Source of the DNA: a virus
DNA: 64,000 bases
Direction: 5' to 3' (one strand)
Virus record (IMG/VR): IMGVR_UViG_3300035698_011044
Span: 23,554-87,553 of that record
Positions 1 through 9,218 of this stretch are shown here, one piece after another (the stretch's first letter is position 1; every line of letters begins with the position of its first letter). The notes beneath the pieces were generated by a model. The model was not told where the DNA came from, made no database searches, and worked only from the letters and a program-made list of their open reading frames with translations. Made by a program: the position numbers and the translations under genes.

Positions 1-170
1 ATCTCCTCGTGAATTTCTGGTATTGTAAACTCCCAAAGAATAACAGTGCTATTGCCATCCGCAGTGGTTATCCTAAACTTATGAGTCTTCTTCGTCTTCT
101 CCTTCGATGTTTGTGAAAAAATCGACAAGTAAAGACTCTTCACTTTCGACAGATAATGTTTTGTTCTCAT
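1..170 (-). CDS. hypothetical protein, runs off the window edge
   Basis: ATG at 170 overlaps the TGA of the upstream gene; frame open to position 1 (MRTKHYLSKVKSLY...). Confidence 0.45.
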   Translation of the reverse strand, partial: MRTKHYLSKVKSLYLSIFSQTSKEKTKKTHKFRITTADGNSTVILWEFTIPEIHEE

Positions 171-859
171 CAGCTTTCATCCGTATATACTGGTCGTCCG
201 CACCCTTCATATTTGTTTCCTATGAATGAATAGTTATTCGGCAATGGAATAACGAATGGCAGTTCGTCCCCACGAATCGTTTTCCGGTCATCGTGAGTGA
301 GCATGTCTTCTTCATACAAAGGATACATGATGTTTGAGTAGAATGTTGTGTCTACTCCAAAGTACAACTTCTCTGGCTTCATGCAAATTGTGTCTCCAAA
401 CGGAGTATCAATAAACCTTGATAGTATTCTCTGAAATCCGGCCATCTGACTCGGTACTCCGCCCCACATTCCACCCGTAATCGGATGAGTATGGTTCTTG
501 TGGTCTCTCATGTTATGTATCGTTTTTCCGGATTCTTCCCACTCCTTGACAGCAACAGCCTCTCGCTCACTCAGAAGAGCGTCGCAATCCCTGGAGATGA
601 ATCTCTCAACATCTGGGTCGTCAAATGACGGGAATGCCCGCCAGAACTCTTTCATATAGCCCTCGAATGATTCCCCAACCCTTATTTCAGCACCAAGCCG
701 TTTTAGTTCACCTACGGTCTCTAATGGCACCGTGTCGTCAATATAGAAACGACAAGTCCAGTCAGGATATACATCTGGAGCTACTTTTGCGTTTCGCACT
801 GCCCCATCGGTAAACATAGGGTCCTTGCCCCATAAACAAAAACTTATAATCTTTTTCAC
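170..859 (-). CDS. putative GT-A fold glycosyltransferase-like protein
   Basis: KKIISFCLWG start, FWR, SRDCD (DxD) and GGMWG motifs; likely GTG start at 859 after AGGAG (ORF track starts at 889). Confidence 0.6.
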   Translation of the reverse strand: MKKIISFCLWGKDPMFTDGAVRNAKVAPDVYPDWTCRFYIDDTVPLETVGELKRLGAEIRVGESFEGYMKEFWRAFPSFDDPDVERFISRDCDALLSEREAVAVKEWEESGKTIHNMRDHKNHTHPITGGMWGGVPSQMAGFQRILSRFIDTPFGDTICMKPEKLYFGVDTTFYSNIMYPLYEEDMLTHDDRKTIRGDELPFVIPLPNNYSFIGNKYEGCGRPVYTDES

Positions 860-867
860 ACGTTCTC

Positions 868-1473
868 CTATTTCTGTATCGTTATGCAAGCTATGCCTAT
901 AATATCCTCGCCAACTCCATAATGCTTTAAATCAAAAAACTCCTTAGCATCATAGCAAGGAATCCATCTTAACCCACTTTTCTTAAACGTCTCAAAATCT
1001 ATAGACGCATCATGCCTACCCACTATCAAATGTTGCCACAATTGGATTTCAAGAGGAGAGTATGATTTTATCCAGTGGCGCACAAAATAACCTGGCACAG
1101 AAAACGGAACTGTAACATAGAGAATCCCACCCGTTTTAATTCTCCTTAACATGCTTCCAAGAGCCACAAGGTCTCCATACAAAGACGTTTTTTGGTTGTA
1201 ACAATCTAACCCAAGATGCTCCACAACAGAAACACAAATGCCTGTATCAACAGACTCTCTATCAGGCATTCCTGCGCCAGTAATAAGATTAGCCTGTATA
1301 ATCCCATCATGAGCGGGGTTTAGATCATATTGACGATACTCGTTTTTCTCAAGGTCCACCCCATAGGTCTCCTTGCCCGTCTCGCACCCAAAGTCGCAGA
1401 TCACTTTTCCTTCAACGCCTTTAAGTTTCTCTGTTATCCATGGAACTTCACAAGATCTTCCGCCATCTCCCAT
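868..1473 (-). CDS. class I SAM-dependent methyltransferase
   Basis: ICDFGC motif I, SVVEHLG, GGILYVTVP. Confidence 0.75.
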   Translation of the reverse strand: MGDGGRSCEVPWITEKLKGVEGKVICDFGCETGKETYGVDLEKNEYRQYDLNPAHDGIIQANLITGAGMPDRESVDTGICVSVVEHLGLDCYNQKTSLYGDLVALGSMLRRIKTGGILYVTVPFSVPGYFVRHWIKSYSPLEIQLWQHLIVGRHDASIDFETFKKSGLRWIPCYDAKEFFDLKHYGVGEDIIGIACITIQK

Positions 1474-2105
1474 TAATAAGTCGCCTCCAAAATATAAAGC
1501 CCTCGCTCATCAGAATTTTGTGTACTGCGAGAAATACCATACTCAAATTTGTTAATAAAATCAAAAACCGCATTATTAACATCTGGAATGGCCTTAACAT
1601 CATCCAGCCCTATCACATGGCAGCAATCTGCACATTGATAGAGATCGTAATAAGCTGCTGTCTCTGTGTGTTTGCCATCAACCCACCCAAATTCATACCA
1701 GGAAGATCTACCAGACTCTGTAACACGAGCAACAATGTCCGGCATGATTTCAAGTGATGACCCATGATAGAATTTAATCCTGTTTCCAAACTTTTCATTT
1801 AAAATATCAACAGGATTTTGACACCAAGCCTGAGGATCCATTGTGTCAATGGTAGCATCCTCGTCTGCAAGCATGGTCAAATAACAGAAAAGCCCCTTGT
1901 TGGTTCCTATCTCTAATATCTTTGGTTTACAAGACCCGTCACTATAAACAGCATCAGGAACAAGAAACTCTGCCAACAATTCAACCTGCTCCTTCATCCC
2001 TTTGCGATTGGGATTATGCAACAAAGCACCCTCGTTATGTTCTTGTGGAGAACAGCTCTTCAGTCTTTCTACGAAGTCCCAGTCTATTTTATCCCAGAGA
2101 TCCAT
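1473..2105 (-). CDS. SAM-dependent methyltransferase (Methyltransf_24-like)
   Basis: ILEIGTNKG motif I, VDGKH, LDD. Confidence 0.75.
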   Translation of the reverse strand: MDLWDKIDWDFVERLKSCSPQEHNEGALLHNPNRKGMKEQVELLAEFLVPDAVYSDGSCKPKILEIGTNKGLFCYLTMLADEDATIDTMDPQAWCQNPVDILNEKFGNRIKFYHGSSLEIMPDIVARVTESGRSSWYEFGWVDGKHTETAAYYDLYQCADCCHVIGLDDVKAIPDVNNAVFDFINKFEYGISRSTQNSDERGLYILEATY

Positions 2106-2912
2106 CTAAGCCTCCAATCCAGCATCTAAAAATGGAACAGTATTTGGGATCAGCCCCATTCTGTGCTGTCTCATCCGGTTCCTGTAAATGTCTACATCTT
2201 CCTCGTAGTAAATTGCCCGCTTATCGTTTCCGTCCTCGATGCTGAGAACTTTGATGTCCCAGCAATTCTTCGGCTTAAATCCAAAAGAATAGGCTCGGTG
2301 CGCCATATCTCCATCAGCACAATAATACCGGTAAGCAGTATCGTACATCCCAACTTTGCGGAAAACATCTTTCTTGTAAAGTCCATAATTAAGGACAATC
2401 TCATATTTTGCCACAGTGTTAAAGGCAACATCTCCATCTCCAGGCTGACTCACTGCAGGTATAGTATTGTGGAGAAACCAGCCATTCTCTCGCCGGTTCC
2501 CATAATACCAATCAGTGCTTTCCAGATCCTCCCTGCAGCCACGCTTCCAATTGAAGAGATAGAAGTCGTGCTCCTCGTCGATCTCCTTAATCACATCATC
2601 CCAGGAACTAACGAGAAGAGTGTCGTCGTTAAACTGACACACAATCTCGTTACTCGCTGCTTCAATTGCCAGATTCATGTAGTGGGGGTAGGAAGATCTC
2701 TCTCCAACCTTAATGACTTTTATGCGAGAGAAAACATCGCTCTCAGTATCCTGGCTATACCCTCGATACTTATCTAAAAACTCCAGTGTTCCATCCGTAG
2801 ATCCTCCATCAACCAGGATCAGCTCAATTCGATCATCCGCAAGGACAGTATTCTCCAATAGGTCCGGAAGAAACTCTACCCGATTCAATGTTCCTGTGAT
2901 TACGCTAATCAT
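2106..2912 (-). CDS. glycosyltransferase family 2
   Basis: ISVITGTLNR, LVDGGSTDGT, NDD, ADGD; probable start at 2912 coupled (ATGA) to the upstream stop. Confidence 0.85.
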   Translation of the reverse strand: MISVITGTLNRVEFLPDLLENTVLADDRIELILVDGGSTDGTLEFLDKYRGYSQDTESDVFSRIKVIKVGERSSYPHYMNLAIEAASNEIVCQFNDDTLLVSSWDDVIKEIDEEHDFYLFNWKRGCREDLESTDWYYGNRRENGWFLHNTIPAVSQPGDGDVAFNTVAKYEIVLNYGLYKKDVFRKVGMYDTAYRYYCADGDMAHRAYSFGFKPKNCWDIKVLSIEDGNDKRAIYYEEDVDIYRNRMRQHRMGLIPNTVPFLDAGLEA

Positions 2913-3553
2913 CCAACAATCTCTCTTAGTTTCATTTTGAAGTAGTCGTAGAGCTTCTGTTCGCTTGGAAGCTTGCAATACATGGCGAGGATATCGTCTG
3001 CAGTGGCGAGAAGATCTGAAGCAGAATATTCCATGCTTTTTATCACGCTAACCTCCGTAGAGCTATTAAAAGTCCCAGCAGCAAATGGACCCTCCACTAG
3101 CTTCTCGTGATTTCCAAGACGATATCCAAATTTTACCAGGAGACTATTTAAAGAGTTGTGCGACCACATGTTGATATGGTACGCCCATGTTCCCTCGGCA
3201 CTTCCACACATCAGCCTTGTAACCGCCAACATTTTGGGAAAGTCGCGACTACCACAGGCTTCAAGGTACTGTGCGCATAGTCTTCGCATGTCAGGAACCC
3301 CAATATAGAGAACTCCCCCAGGCTTCAAAGCAAGCGTCCACTTAATCATCATTCCAAGTGCCTCATAGTAATTGAGATGCTCAAAGAAGTGGTGAGAGTA
3401 GATCTCCTCGCACGGCTCATAGTCGAACTTCAGCAAGTCGGCATGGATATCAGCATTAACCGTCACGGTGTTGTGCTCGGATTGCGGGAAATCAATATTA
3501 ACATAGCCCTGTTTATACTGAGCCCCGCATCCGCAATGGTATTTAATCCCCAT
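2909..3553 (-). CDS. SAM-dependent methyltransferase (type 11-like)
   Basis: HCGCG...GYVNID, SHHFFEH, LKPGGVLYIGVPD. Confidence 0.8.
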   Translation of the reverse strand: MGIKYHCGCGAQYKQGYVNIDFPQSEHNTVTVNADIHADLLKFDYEPCEEIYSHHFFEHLNYYEALGMMIKWTLALKPGGVLYIGVPDMRRLCAQYLEACGSRDFPKMLAVTRLMCGSAEGTWAYHINMWSHNSLNSLLVKFGYRLGNHEKLVEGPFAAGTFNSSTEVSVIKSMEYSASDLLATADDILAMYCKLPSEQKLYDYFKMKLREIVG

Positions 3554-3900
3554 TATTTCTTGCCAGCCCTGAAAGCGTTAAGCTCTGTCTCCATGTTGAT
3601 AGCAAGCTGACGATACTGATCTCTCTCGTTTGCAATAGCATTGAAAGATGTCTGAATGCCGTACAAGACATCCATGATCTCAAGGTTCTGCCTGTTCTTC
3701 GTGTTGAAGAGCTTGCTCATGTTGGCAACAACTTCATCAATCGTCGGCAGTCTCTGCTCCGGCTGCTGAGGGGCTGCAGGAGTCTGTGGGATCGCAGGAG
3801 CTGGCGGAACTACTGGGGCAGCCTTCTCCGGAGTTACCGGTGGGGTCATCGGGATGACGTTTGTTGTTAGGTTCTTTCTTGCTGGTTTCTTGTTGCTCAT
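3553..3900 (-). CDS. hypothetical Pro-rich/coiled-coil protein
   Basis: ORF with GGAGG before the ATG at 3900; stop coupled to next gene. Confidence 0.55.
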   Translation of the reverse strand: MSNKKPARKNLTTNVIPMTPPVTPEKAAPVVPPAPAIPQTPAAPQQPEQRLPTIDEVVANMSKLFNTKNRQNLEIMDVLYGIQTSFNAIANERDQYRQLAINMETELNAFRAGKK

Positions 3901-4192
3901 TACGAGCCTCCTTGTAGGTGGTTGAACATTCGGTTCCATCATCTATTACTAAAACATTTATTGATACAGTTTCTTTTCCAGTATCACCAGTCCCCTTGCA
4001 ACACGGGCAAGTTATAAGATTAAACGAGATATTCATAAGGTGTCCAGGCTCAGTAGAAAATCCGTTCCCACCTCGAATTGTAGTTGATGTCCTATTCCAT
4101 ATCTTCTGAAACCCATCACAAACAGGACAACTGTATGTGTCCTTATTTCCTGGCCATAGAGGAAGTTTTGCTGGTATAAAACCTGACATCAT
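3737..4192 (-). CDS. hypothetical protein with DnaJ-type zinc-finger motifs
   Basis: CPVCDG and CPCCKGTG; 3' part overlaps the next ORF. Confidence 0.5.
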   Translation of the reverse strand: MMSGFIPAKLPLWPGNKDTYSCPVCDGFQKIWNRTSTTIRGGNGFSTEPGHLMNISFNLITCPCCKGTGDTGKETVSINVLVIDDGTECSTTYKEARNEQQETSKKEPNNKRHPDDPTGNSGEGCPSSSASSCDPTDSCSPSAAGAETADD

Positions 4193-4752
4193 TTCACCGC
4201 CTCCACGTTAAGACTTATAAGAGTCCCATGCACCTTATCCATATGAGGAATGTATGCTTGGGAGTAATCATCAATATCTGCATGCTCGGTCTTGCGCCAG
4301 TCGTACTTGCGAACTTTACTGAACCCGGCGTTTACAAGTTCGTAGGAGAGAAGATCGTATGTAAATAGAGAATTATGGATATTGTAAAGATAGTCCTGCC
4401 GTCCCATAATTGGACCAACAACTTCGCTGAAATTCTTGCGTGTCATATAAACCTTACACAACGCATCGAAATCTGGAACAGATATTCGACAAACTCCTCC
4501 ATAATCAAGAACTCTTGCCCACTCACGCAAAGCATGCCGAACATGTCTGCGAGGGAAGTGTTCGAGAACATGACATACATAAACTAATATCGCGCTTCCG
4601 TCTTCAAATAGCTCAAGGTCTTCGACTGGAGACTGGCAATTAATATGCGGATATTCTACAGCATCTATATGATGAGTAAAGCGATCTCCATAATCACGTT
4701 TTCCGCACCCCAGACATAGCCTTAAACCAAATCCTTCAATAGTTTTTCCCAC
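4189..4752 (-). CDS. SAM-dependent methyltransferase (type 11-like)
   Basis: LCLGCG, CHVLEH, GGVCRISVPD, SLNVEAVK end. Confidence 0.85.
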   Translation of the reverse strand: MGKTIEGFGLRLCLGCGKRDYGDRFTHHIDAVEYPHINCQSPVEDLELFEDGSAILVYVCHVLEHFPRRHVRHALREWARVLDYGGVCRISVPDFDALCKVYMTRKNFSEVVGPIMGRQDYLYNIHNSLFTYDLLSYELVNAGFSKVRKYDWRKTEHADIDDYSQAYIPHMDKVHGTLISLNVEAVK

Positions 4753-5543
4753 AACTTTCTTTCTGCAACAGTATATTCAGAAGCCTTGTCAAAGTTTTCT
4801 CGAATAGCCTTTTGTCTTTTATTATAATTTAGTTCCGTAGCATTGACAAGCAATCTCTCCAATTCACTTAAATTACTAAACCATAACACTCCACGCTTAT
4901 TGAAATAATCAGCAATTTTATTCGCCCCCCAATAGATAGGAATAGTCCCAGTCCTGAAAGCGTCTACAATTTTCTCGGTAAATAAATGGTCTGATTTATC
5001 ATTCTCAACAACAATGGTATACCGGTATCGTTTAAGAGCTTCAAGCTTCTCTTCTATCTCATAATATCCACGTCCGCACAGGAAATCAATCTTGTACGCA
5101 AACCTCTCGGCTATCCTATGCCGGAGCTTATGACCTTTAGTATCATTTTTGCTAGAAGCAATCATTGAAATACCCTGAGTCTTGGGATAGATAAATTGCT
5201 GATCCGGATGAACCCAGCATCCTCCTGGGGACAAAAGGATATGCTTTGGTGATAAGATATACTTGGCCTCCGGAAGAACAATCCAGTCAAAATCGTCCTG
5301 CCCGCCATTGAAGATATATTTATAGGCTTCAGGGTTAATTACCTCTGGCTCCAATAGCCAAGCAATCTTGATCTTAGCACCAGAAGTCTTTGCTTCACGA
5401 AAACATTGATCCGTAAACACAGCAATATCCTGCGACTCTTCGCCACGACACCACTCGAAATAACCGATATCGACATCGTATATGCCATTCTGGTAATTGT
5501 AGGTATGTGCAAAATTCTTGTCATGTAATTTAATCTTTACCAT
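4722..5543 (-). CDS. glycosyltransferase family 10-like (fucosyltransferase type)
   Basis: YRYTIVVEN...FTEKIVDAF.TGTIPIYWG motif; probable start at 5543. Confidence 0.8.
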   Translation of the reverse strand: MVKIKLHDKNFAHTYNYQNGIYDVDIGYFEWCRGEESQDIAVFTDQCFREAKTSGAKIKIAWLLEPEVINPEAYKYIFNGGQDDFDWIVLPEAKYILSPKHILLSPGGCWVHPDQQFIYPKTQGISMIASSKNDTKGHKLRHRIAERFAYKIDFLCGRGYYEIEEKLEALKRYRYTIVVENDKSDHLFTEKIVDAFRTGTIPIYWGANKIADYFNKRGVLWFSNLSELERLLVNATELNYNKRQKAIRENFDKASEYTVAERKLWEKLLKDLV

Positions 5544-6291
5544 GCGGATCTCCTTGGATCTTCTTATACGGTTCTTTTGCTTTAATTCTCCACGTGCAGT
5601 TTGACTGCTCTCCACCTGGCCTTTTGTGTTCAGACAAATTGTTCAGCCCATTATAGCAATATAATATATCTTCAACGAACCTTGAGTGTTCATGTCCAGC
5701 CATTTCGATTACAGGAGCCATGATTGCCAAATCTCCAGCCATTGGATAAAACTCACCATTTTCATCAATCAGGTCTTCAGGCTTGATTAGCCTAAACAGC
5801 CACACCCTAAACGTCCTCAAGTGAGATATGAGCCATGGCTTGTTAACATCCCTAGCGTCCGCAAGATCTTCCTGCAGTGCAGCCCACCCAACAGCAACAC
5901 CGCTTCTTTCTGTGTAAATCTCATAGCTTCCGTAAGAAGTCCACACTTTAGGATCACTATAGATCTGCTGCACTCTATCAAAAACATTGTTGTGTGGCAA
6001 CCAATCATCACCATCGACGTTTATGCAGATATCTTCCGGGCGGATCTCTGGGCGATTTAATGTGTGATAATAATTACCTGCGACAAATCTCTTCTCTGTG
6101 TTTTGAATGAAGACGAATCTCCCATCAGTATCCGCAAACACCTTAATCTTCTGAGGAGTTTCGTCAACAGAGAGGTCGTCTATAATATAACACACCCAAT
6201 CTTCAACGCTCTGAGACTTGATTGACTCGAGACATCTCTCGATATAATCTTCGCAATTCCAGCAAGTAGTTACTATTCTGAGCATTTGCAT
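5530..6291 (-). CDS. glycosyltransferase family 2
   Basis: IDDLSVDET, VDGDD, SHLRTF; tandem paralog of 6273..7022. Confidence 0.85.
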   Translation of the reverse strand: MQMLRIVTTCWNCEDYIERCLESIKSQSVEDWVCYIIDDLSVDETPQKIKVFADTDGRFVFIQNTEKRFVAGNYYHTLNRPEIRPEDICINVDGDDWLPHNNVFDRVQQIYSDPKVWTSYGSYEIYTERSGVAVGWAALQEDLADARDVNKPWLISHLRTFRVWLFRLIKPEDLIDENGEFYPMAGDLAIMAPVIEMAGHEHSRFVEDILYCYNGLNNLSEHKRPGGEQSNCTWRIKAKEPYKKIQGDPHGKD

Positions 6292-7022
6292 TTCAACTTT
6301 CTGTACTGAGGCTTCTCTTTTATCTTCCAGCCGAGCCGCATCTGCAGCTTCTTGTTTTTGTTCCAGTCTGACACTGGATTATCAGCTCGGTATTTATATA
6401 ACACCTCTTTAATGAACTTTGAATTTTCCAAGCCAGCCATCTCAAGCATTGGTATCATTATTGCAAGATCTCCAGCCATTGGATACCAAATTCCATCGGA
6501 CCCTATAAGGTCTTCCCGTTTAATCTTCCTGAAGAGCCAGGTTTTAAATGTCCTGAGATGAGACGCATTCCAGTTTTTGTTTGGATCTCTGAGATCATCA
6601 ATACTCTCGATCTGCTTGGAATTTCCACGAATGATATTGTTCGGTTCCGCAATGCAGTCAAAGCTACCGTAAGTAATCCATACATCAGGATCTTCGTATT
6701 CTCGTAGCACAACTCCAAGAACACCATTGTGGGCAAGAGAGTCGTCGCCATCCACGTTGATACAAATATCCTCTGGATGGAACTGAGAGAGATGAACTAC
6801 AGAATAACAGTTTCCTGGAACATAAAGTTTTCGGTAATTTGAAAGAACTGAAAATCGAGAATCATCCTTAGTCAGCTCTCGCGCCCGCTCCCATGTTCTG
6901 TCTGTAGACATGTCGTCAAGAATGTAGCACTCCCACTCCTGGACAGTCTGAGCTTTAATGGAGATAATGCACTGCTCTATATATCGAACACAGTTCCAGC
7001 ATGGAACAATTATCCTTATCAC
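6273..7022 (-). CDS. glycosyltransferase family 2
   Basis: IIVPCWN, LDDMSTDRT, VDGDD, SHLRTF. Confidence 0.85.
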   Translation of the reverse strand: MIRIIVPCWNCVRYIEQCIISIKAQTVQEWECYILDDMSTDRTWERARELTKDDSRFSVLSNYRKLYVPGNCYSVVHLSQFHPEDICINVDGDDSLAHNGVLGVVLREYEDPDVWITYGSFDCIAEPNNIIRGNSKQIESIDDLRDPNKNWNASHLRTFKTWLFRKIKREDLIGSDGIWYPMAGDLAIMIPMLEMAGLENSKFIKEVLYKYRADNPVSDWNKNKKLQMRLGWKIKEKPQYRKLKCKCSE

Positions 7023-8017
7023 ACGTATCTCCTTATCAATTTTCCGAAAGAAGAGTTGTCACAGAATCTTCCCGCAGCTATACTCATAATAAACAGGTGG
7101 TGAGTTTTGTACATTGCGAACGCTTCCTCCAGCCCCTCAAGGATTGAAGATGGCATGGTGTTTTTTAGCATCACGCCGGTTTTCCCTGGAGTCATTGTCG
7201 CAGCAGCTCCACCGCTCGGAGTCATTACCGGAATGCACCCGCATCTTTGAGCTTCAACGCTCGCGAGAGAGAATGATTCCTGCTGAGAAGGGATGCAAAG
7301 AACTTGGTGCTGCGCATATATGTCTGGCATGTCTTCGTTTTTTATTTCTCCCCAGAACACAATGCGATCTGACTCAAATTCCTTCTTAAGCGTGTCGAGA
7401 TATTCAGTAGATGTCTCATTCCATAAGTCAGGACTTCCGTAAATATCGAGAATGCAATCCAGATTTCGGGCTGCCATGCAAAGACGATCAATATTTTTAG
7501 TTGGATAAATTGCCCCCGCATACATAATGCTCCTGGGAGAAGAGCTCCTGCCGCGAAATCGAAAAGTGCTTGGATCCACGAAGTGAGGAATGACCCAGAT
7601 CATCTCTCGCGGGAACTTGAATGATAGAATGTTGTTTGCGTGAGTATCACTGAGTGTTACAAAGACATCAAACTTAGCCATATCCTTAACGGTTTCTTTC
7701 CCAGGATTCCAACAGTTGAAATATCTCACCCATATCTGGTGTCGCTGCTTCCTGAGAGGAACGCCTATTGGATAAGAGGCGAAGACAATCACGTCGTAAT
7801 GGCTGTAGTCATCCGGATTCGTCATATACTTCTGCAGGTGATGGTCTTGAACAGTCTCGTTCTTCCTTGTAGATTTGCCTGTTATAGTTACGTCGTACCC
7901 CAACTTCTTGCATGACTCAGCAGCGTTAAACACTGCCACACAGCTTCCGCCGTACGCTCTCCCAGAATTGTGCATCCCGTCATAGTAGAATAGAATGTGT
8001 GGATTGTCGCCTCTCAT
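7019..8017 (-). CDS. glycosyltransferase family 4 (GT-B)
   Basis: YAGAIYPTKN, PSQQESFSLASVEAQRCG (E-x7-E). Confidence 0.85.
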   Translation of the reverse strand: MRGDNPHILFYYDGMHNSGRAYGGSCVAVFNAAESCKKLGYDVTITGKSTRKNETVQDHHLQKYMTNPDDYSHYDVIVFASYPIGVPLRKQRHQIWVRYFNCWNPGKETVKDMAKFDVFVTLSDTHANNILSFKFPREMIWVIPHFVDPSTFRFRGRSSSPRSIMYAGAIYPTKNIDRLCMAARNLDCILDIYGSPDLWNETSTEYLDTLKKEFESDRIVFWGEIKNEDMPDIYAQHQVLCIPSQQESFSLASVEAQRCGCIPVMTPSGGAAATMTPGKTGVMLKNTMPSSILEGLEEAFAMYKTHHLFIMSIAAGRFCDNSSFGKLIRRYV

Positions 8018-8039
8018 GCTATTGCTTTAACCTCTCCTT

Positions 8040-8110
8040 AAAAGAGGCGCACTCAACCGACGCAGGGAGGAATAGTAGTACCTGCGTGTAGAACGGTATT
8101 ATTGTGCGCC
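8040..8110 (-). promoter_or_regulatory. long interrupted hairpin followed by UCUUUU in the leader of the glycosyltransferase cluster
   Basis: Nested stems GGCGCAC/GTGCGCC, ACCG/CGGT, ACGCAGG/CCTGCGT. Confidence 0.55.
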
Positions 8111-8189
8111 GAGTCATTCGTTGTCCAAAGGATGGACAATCCCTTTTAGCTCATCAAAGACTTGATCCTTGAGACCTTGAGAGATTTCA

Positions 8190-8666
8190 TCACGCCTCCC
8201 ACTTAGTATCGTCAATAACTTTCCCGCCCACGGTTATAACCTGCTTCTCAACAAACTCACTGAGCTTCTCATACTTCACTTTGAAGCCCCAAAAGAAGAA
8301 CATCCTGCGCAAAACCACAATTGGCTTAACAAATATAAAGCTCAGTATCAGAGCCACCACCTCAAATGGAAGATAGAACAAGGATGTAAATGCGTTCTTG
8401 GGAGCAAGTTTATAGATGAACACTGGAGGCAGTAGTCCAATGATGAAGCGCCACATGTTCAGATACCAGGCTGGAGCTACATTGCGGGAAAGATACTGTG
8501 CCCATTTGGGAACGTGTTTCAATCTGAGTGGCTCGGCGTGGGCCTGCATTTTCTTGCGAGCAGCTTCATGCCGGAGATTTCTCTGCCGGTCCAGCTCTGC
8601 TCTGTATCGGTCTTCGTGGCCAAGATCTTTCATGCGCTTCCTCTTCATTGCTCTGTTTGGTTTCAT
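8190..8666 (-). CDS. hypothetical membrane protein
   Basis: Basic N-terminus, hydrophobic segments. Confidence 0.6.
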   Translation of the reverse strand: MKPNRAMKRKRMKDLGHEDRYRAELDRQRNLRHEAARKKMQAHAEPLRLKHVPKWAQYLSRNVAPAWYLNMWRFIIGLLPPVFIYKLAPKNAFTSLFYLPFEVVALILSFIFVKPIVVLRRMFFFWGFKVKYEKLSEFVEKQVITVGGKVIDDTKWEA

Positions 8667-9203
8667 TTATTCCTCTTTGGTAATTAGTTCTGGATGCTCT
8701 ATATTCTCCAATAGAAACACACAAAACTCTCTGATTATATAAAGTTTGTGATTGCTTCTCTGCTTGATTATGTTGAAGATATTCTTGTAGTTCAGCTTCC
8801 AGATACGAGTCTGCAGGAACCCCTCCGGCAACTTCCGCTTCAGTCTAATGAAGTCATTTTCCTTAATTAGATGGTTAAGCATTGACAGATACCGTGCGGA
8901 AATATCTCCAGCCTCAAAATTCTCTGCAGTCAATGGACCCTTCATAATTGTATGATTAGTGCTCTCAGACTGCTTTGAAGTCAAGCGATAAGTATCAAAG
9001 TCCTGCCACACATACCTGGGAACCCGAACCTCTACCCAAACATCGATGCTCTCCAGGAACTTGTTGTGCCCGTAGTCATGAAATGCCAGTTTCTCTGCAA
9101 CCGATGGCATCTTGTCTTCTGGTTGATTCTTATTTAGAGAGATACCCTTTAATGCAGGGAGATATCCAGCCTCTTCTAATATTTTGAATTTGTGTCCACG
9201 CAT
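8667..9203 (-). CDS. ThyX-like flavin-dependent thymidylate synthase family protein (divergent phage type)
   Basis: GHNKFLESI, PRYVWQDFDTYR, SESTNHT, LPEGFLQ, NIIKQRSNHKL. Confidence 0.65.
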   Translation of the reverse strand: MRGHKFKILEEAGYLPALKGISLNKNQPEDKMPSVAEKLAFHDYGHNKFLESIDVWVEVRVPRYVWQDFDTYRLTSKQSESTNHTIMKGPLTAENFEAGDISARYLSMLNHLIKENDFIRLKRKLPEGFLQTRIWKLNYKNIFNIIKQRSNHKLYIIREFCVFLLENIEHPELITKEE

Positions 9204-9218
9204 GTTGTTCTGTTCCTT

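Noticed and set aside
8066-8082. GGAGGAATAGTAGTACC resembling the end of the 109-bp repeat
   Set aside because: Short, on the opposite strand and SD-like, so plausibly chance.
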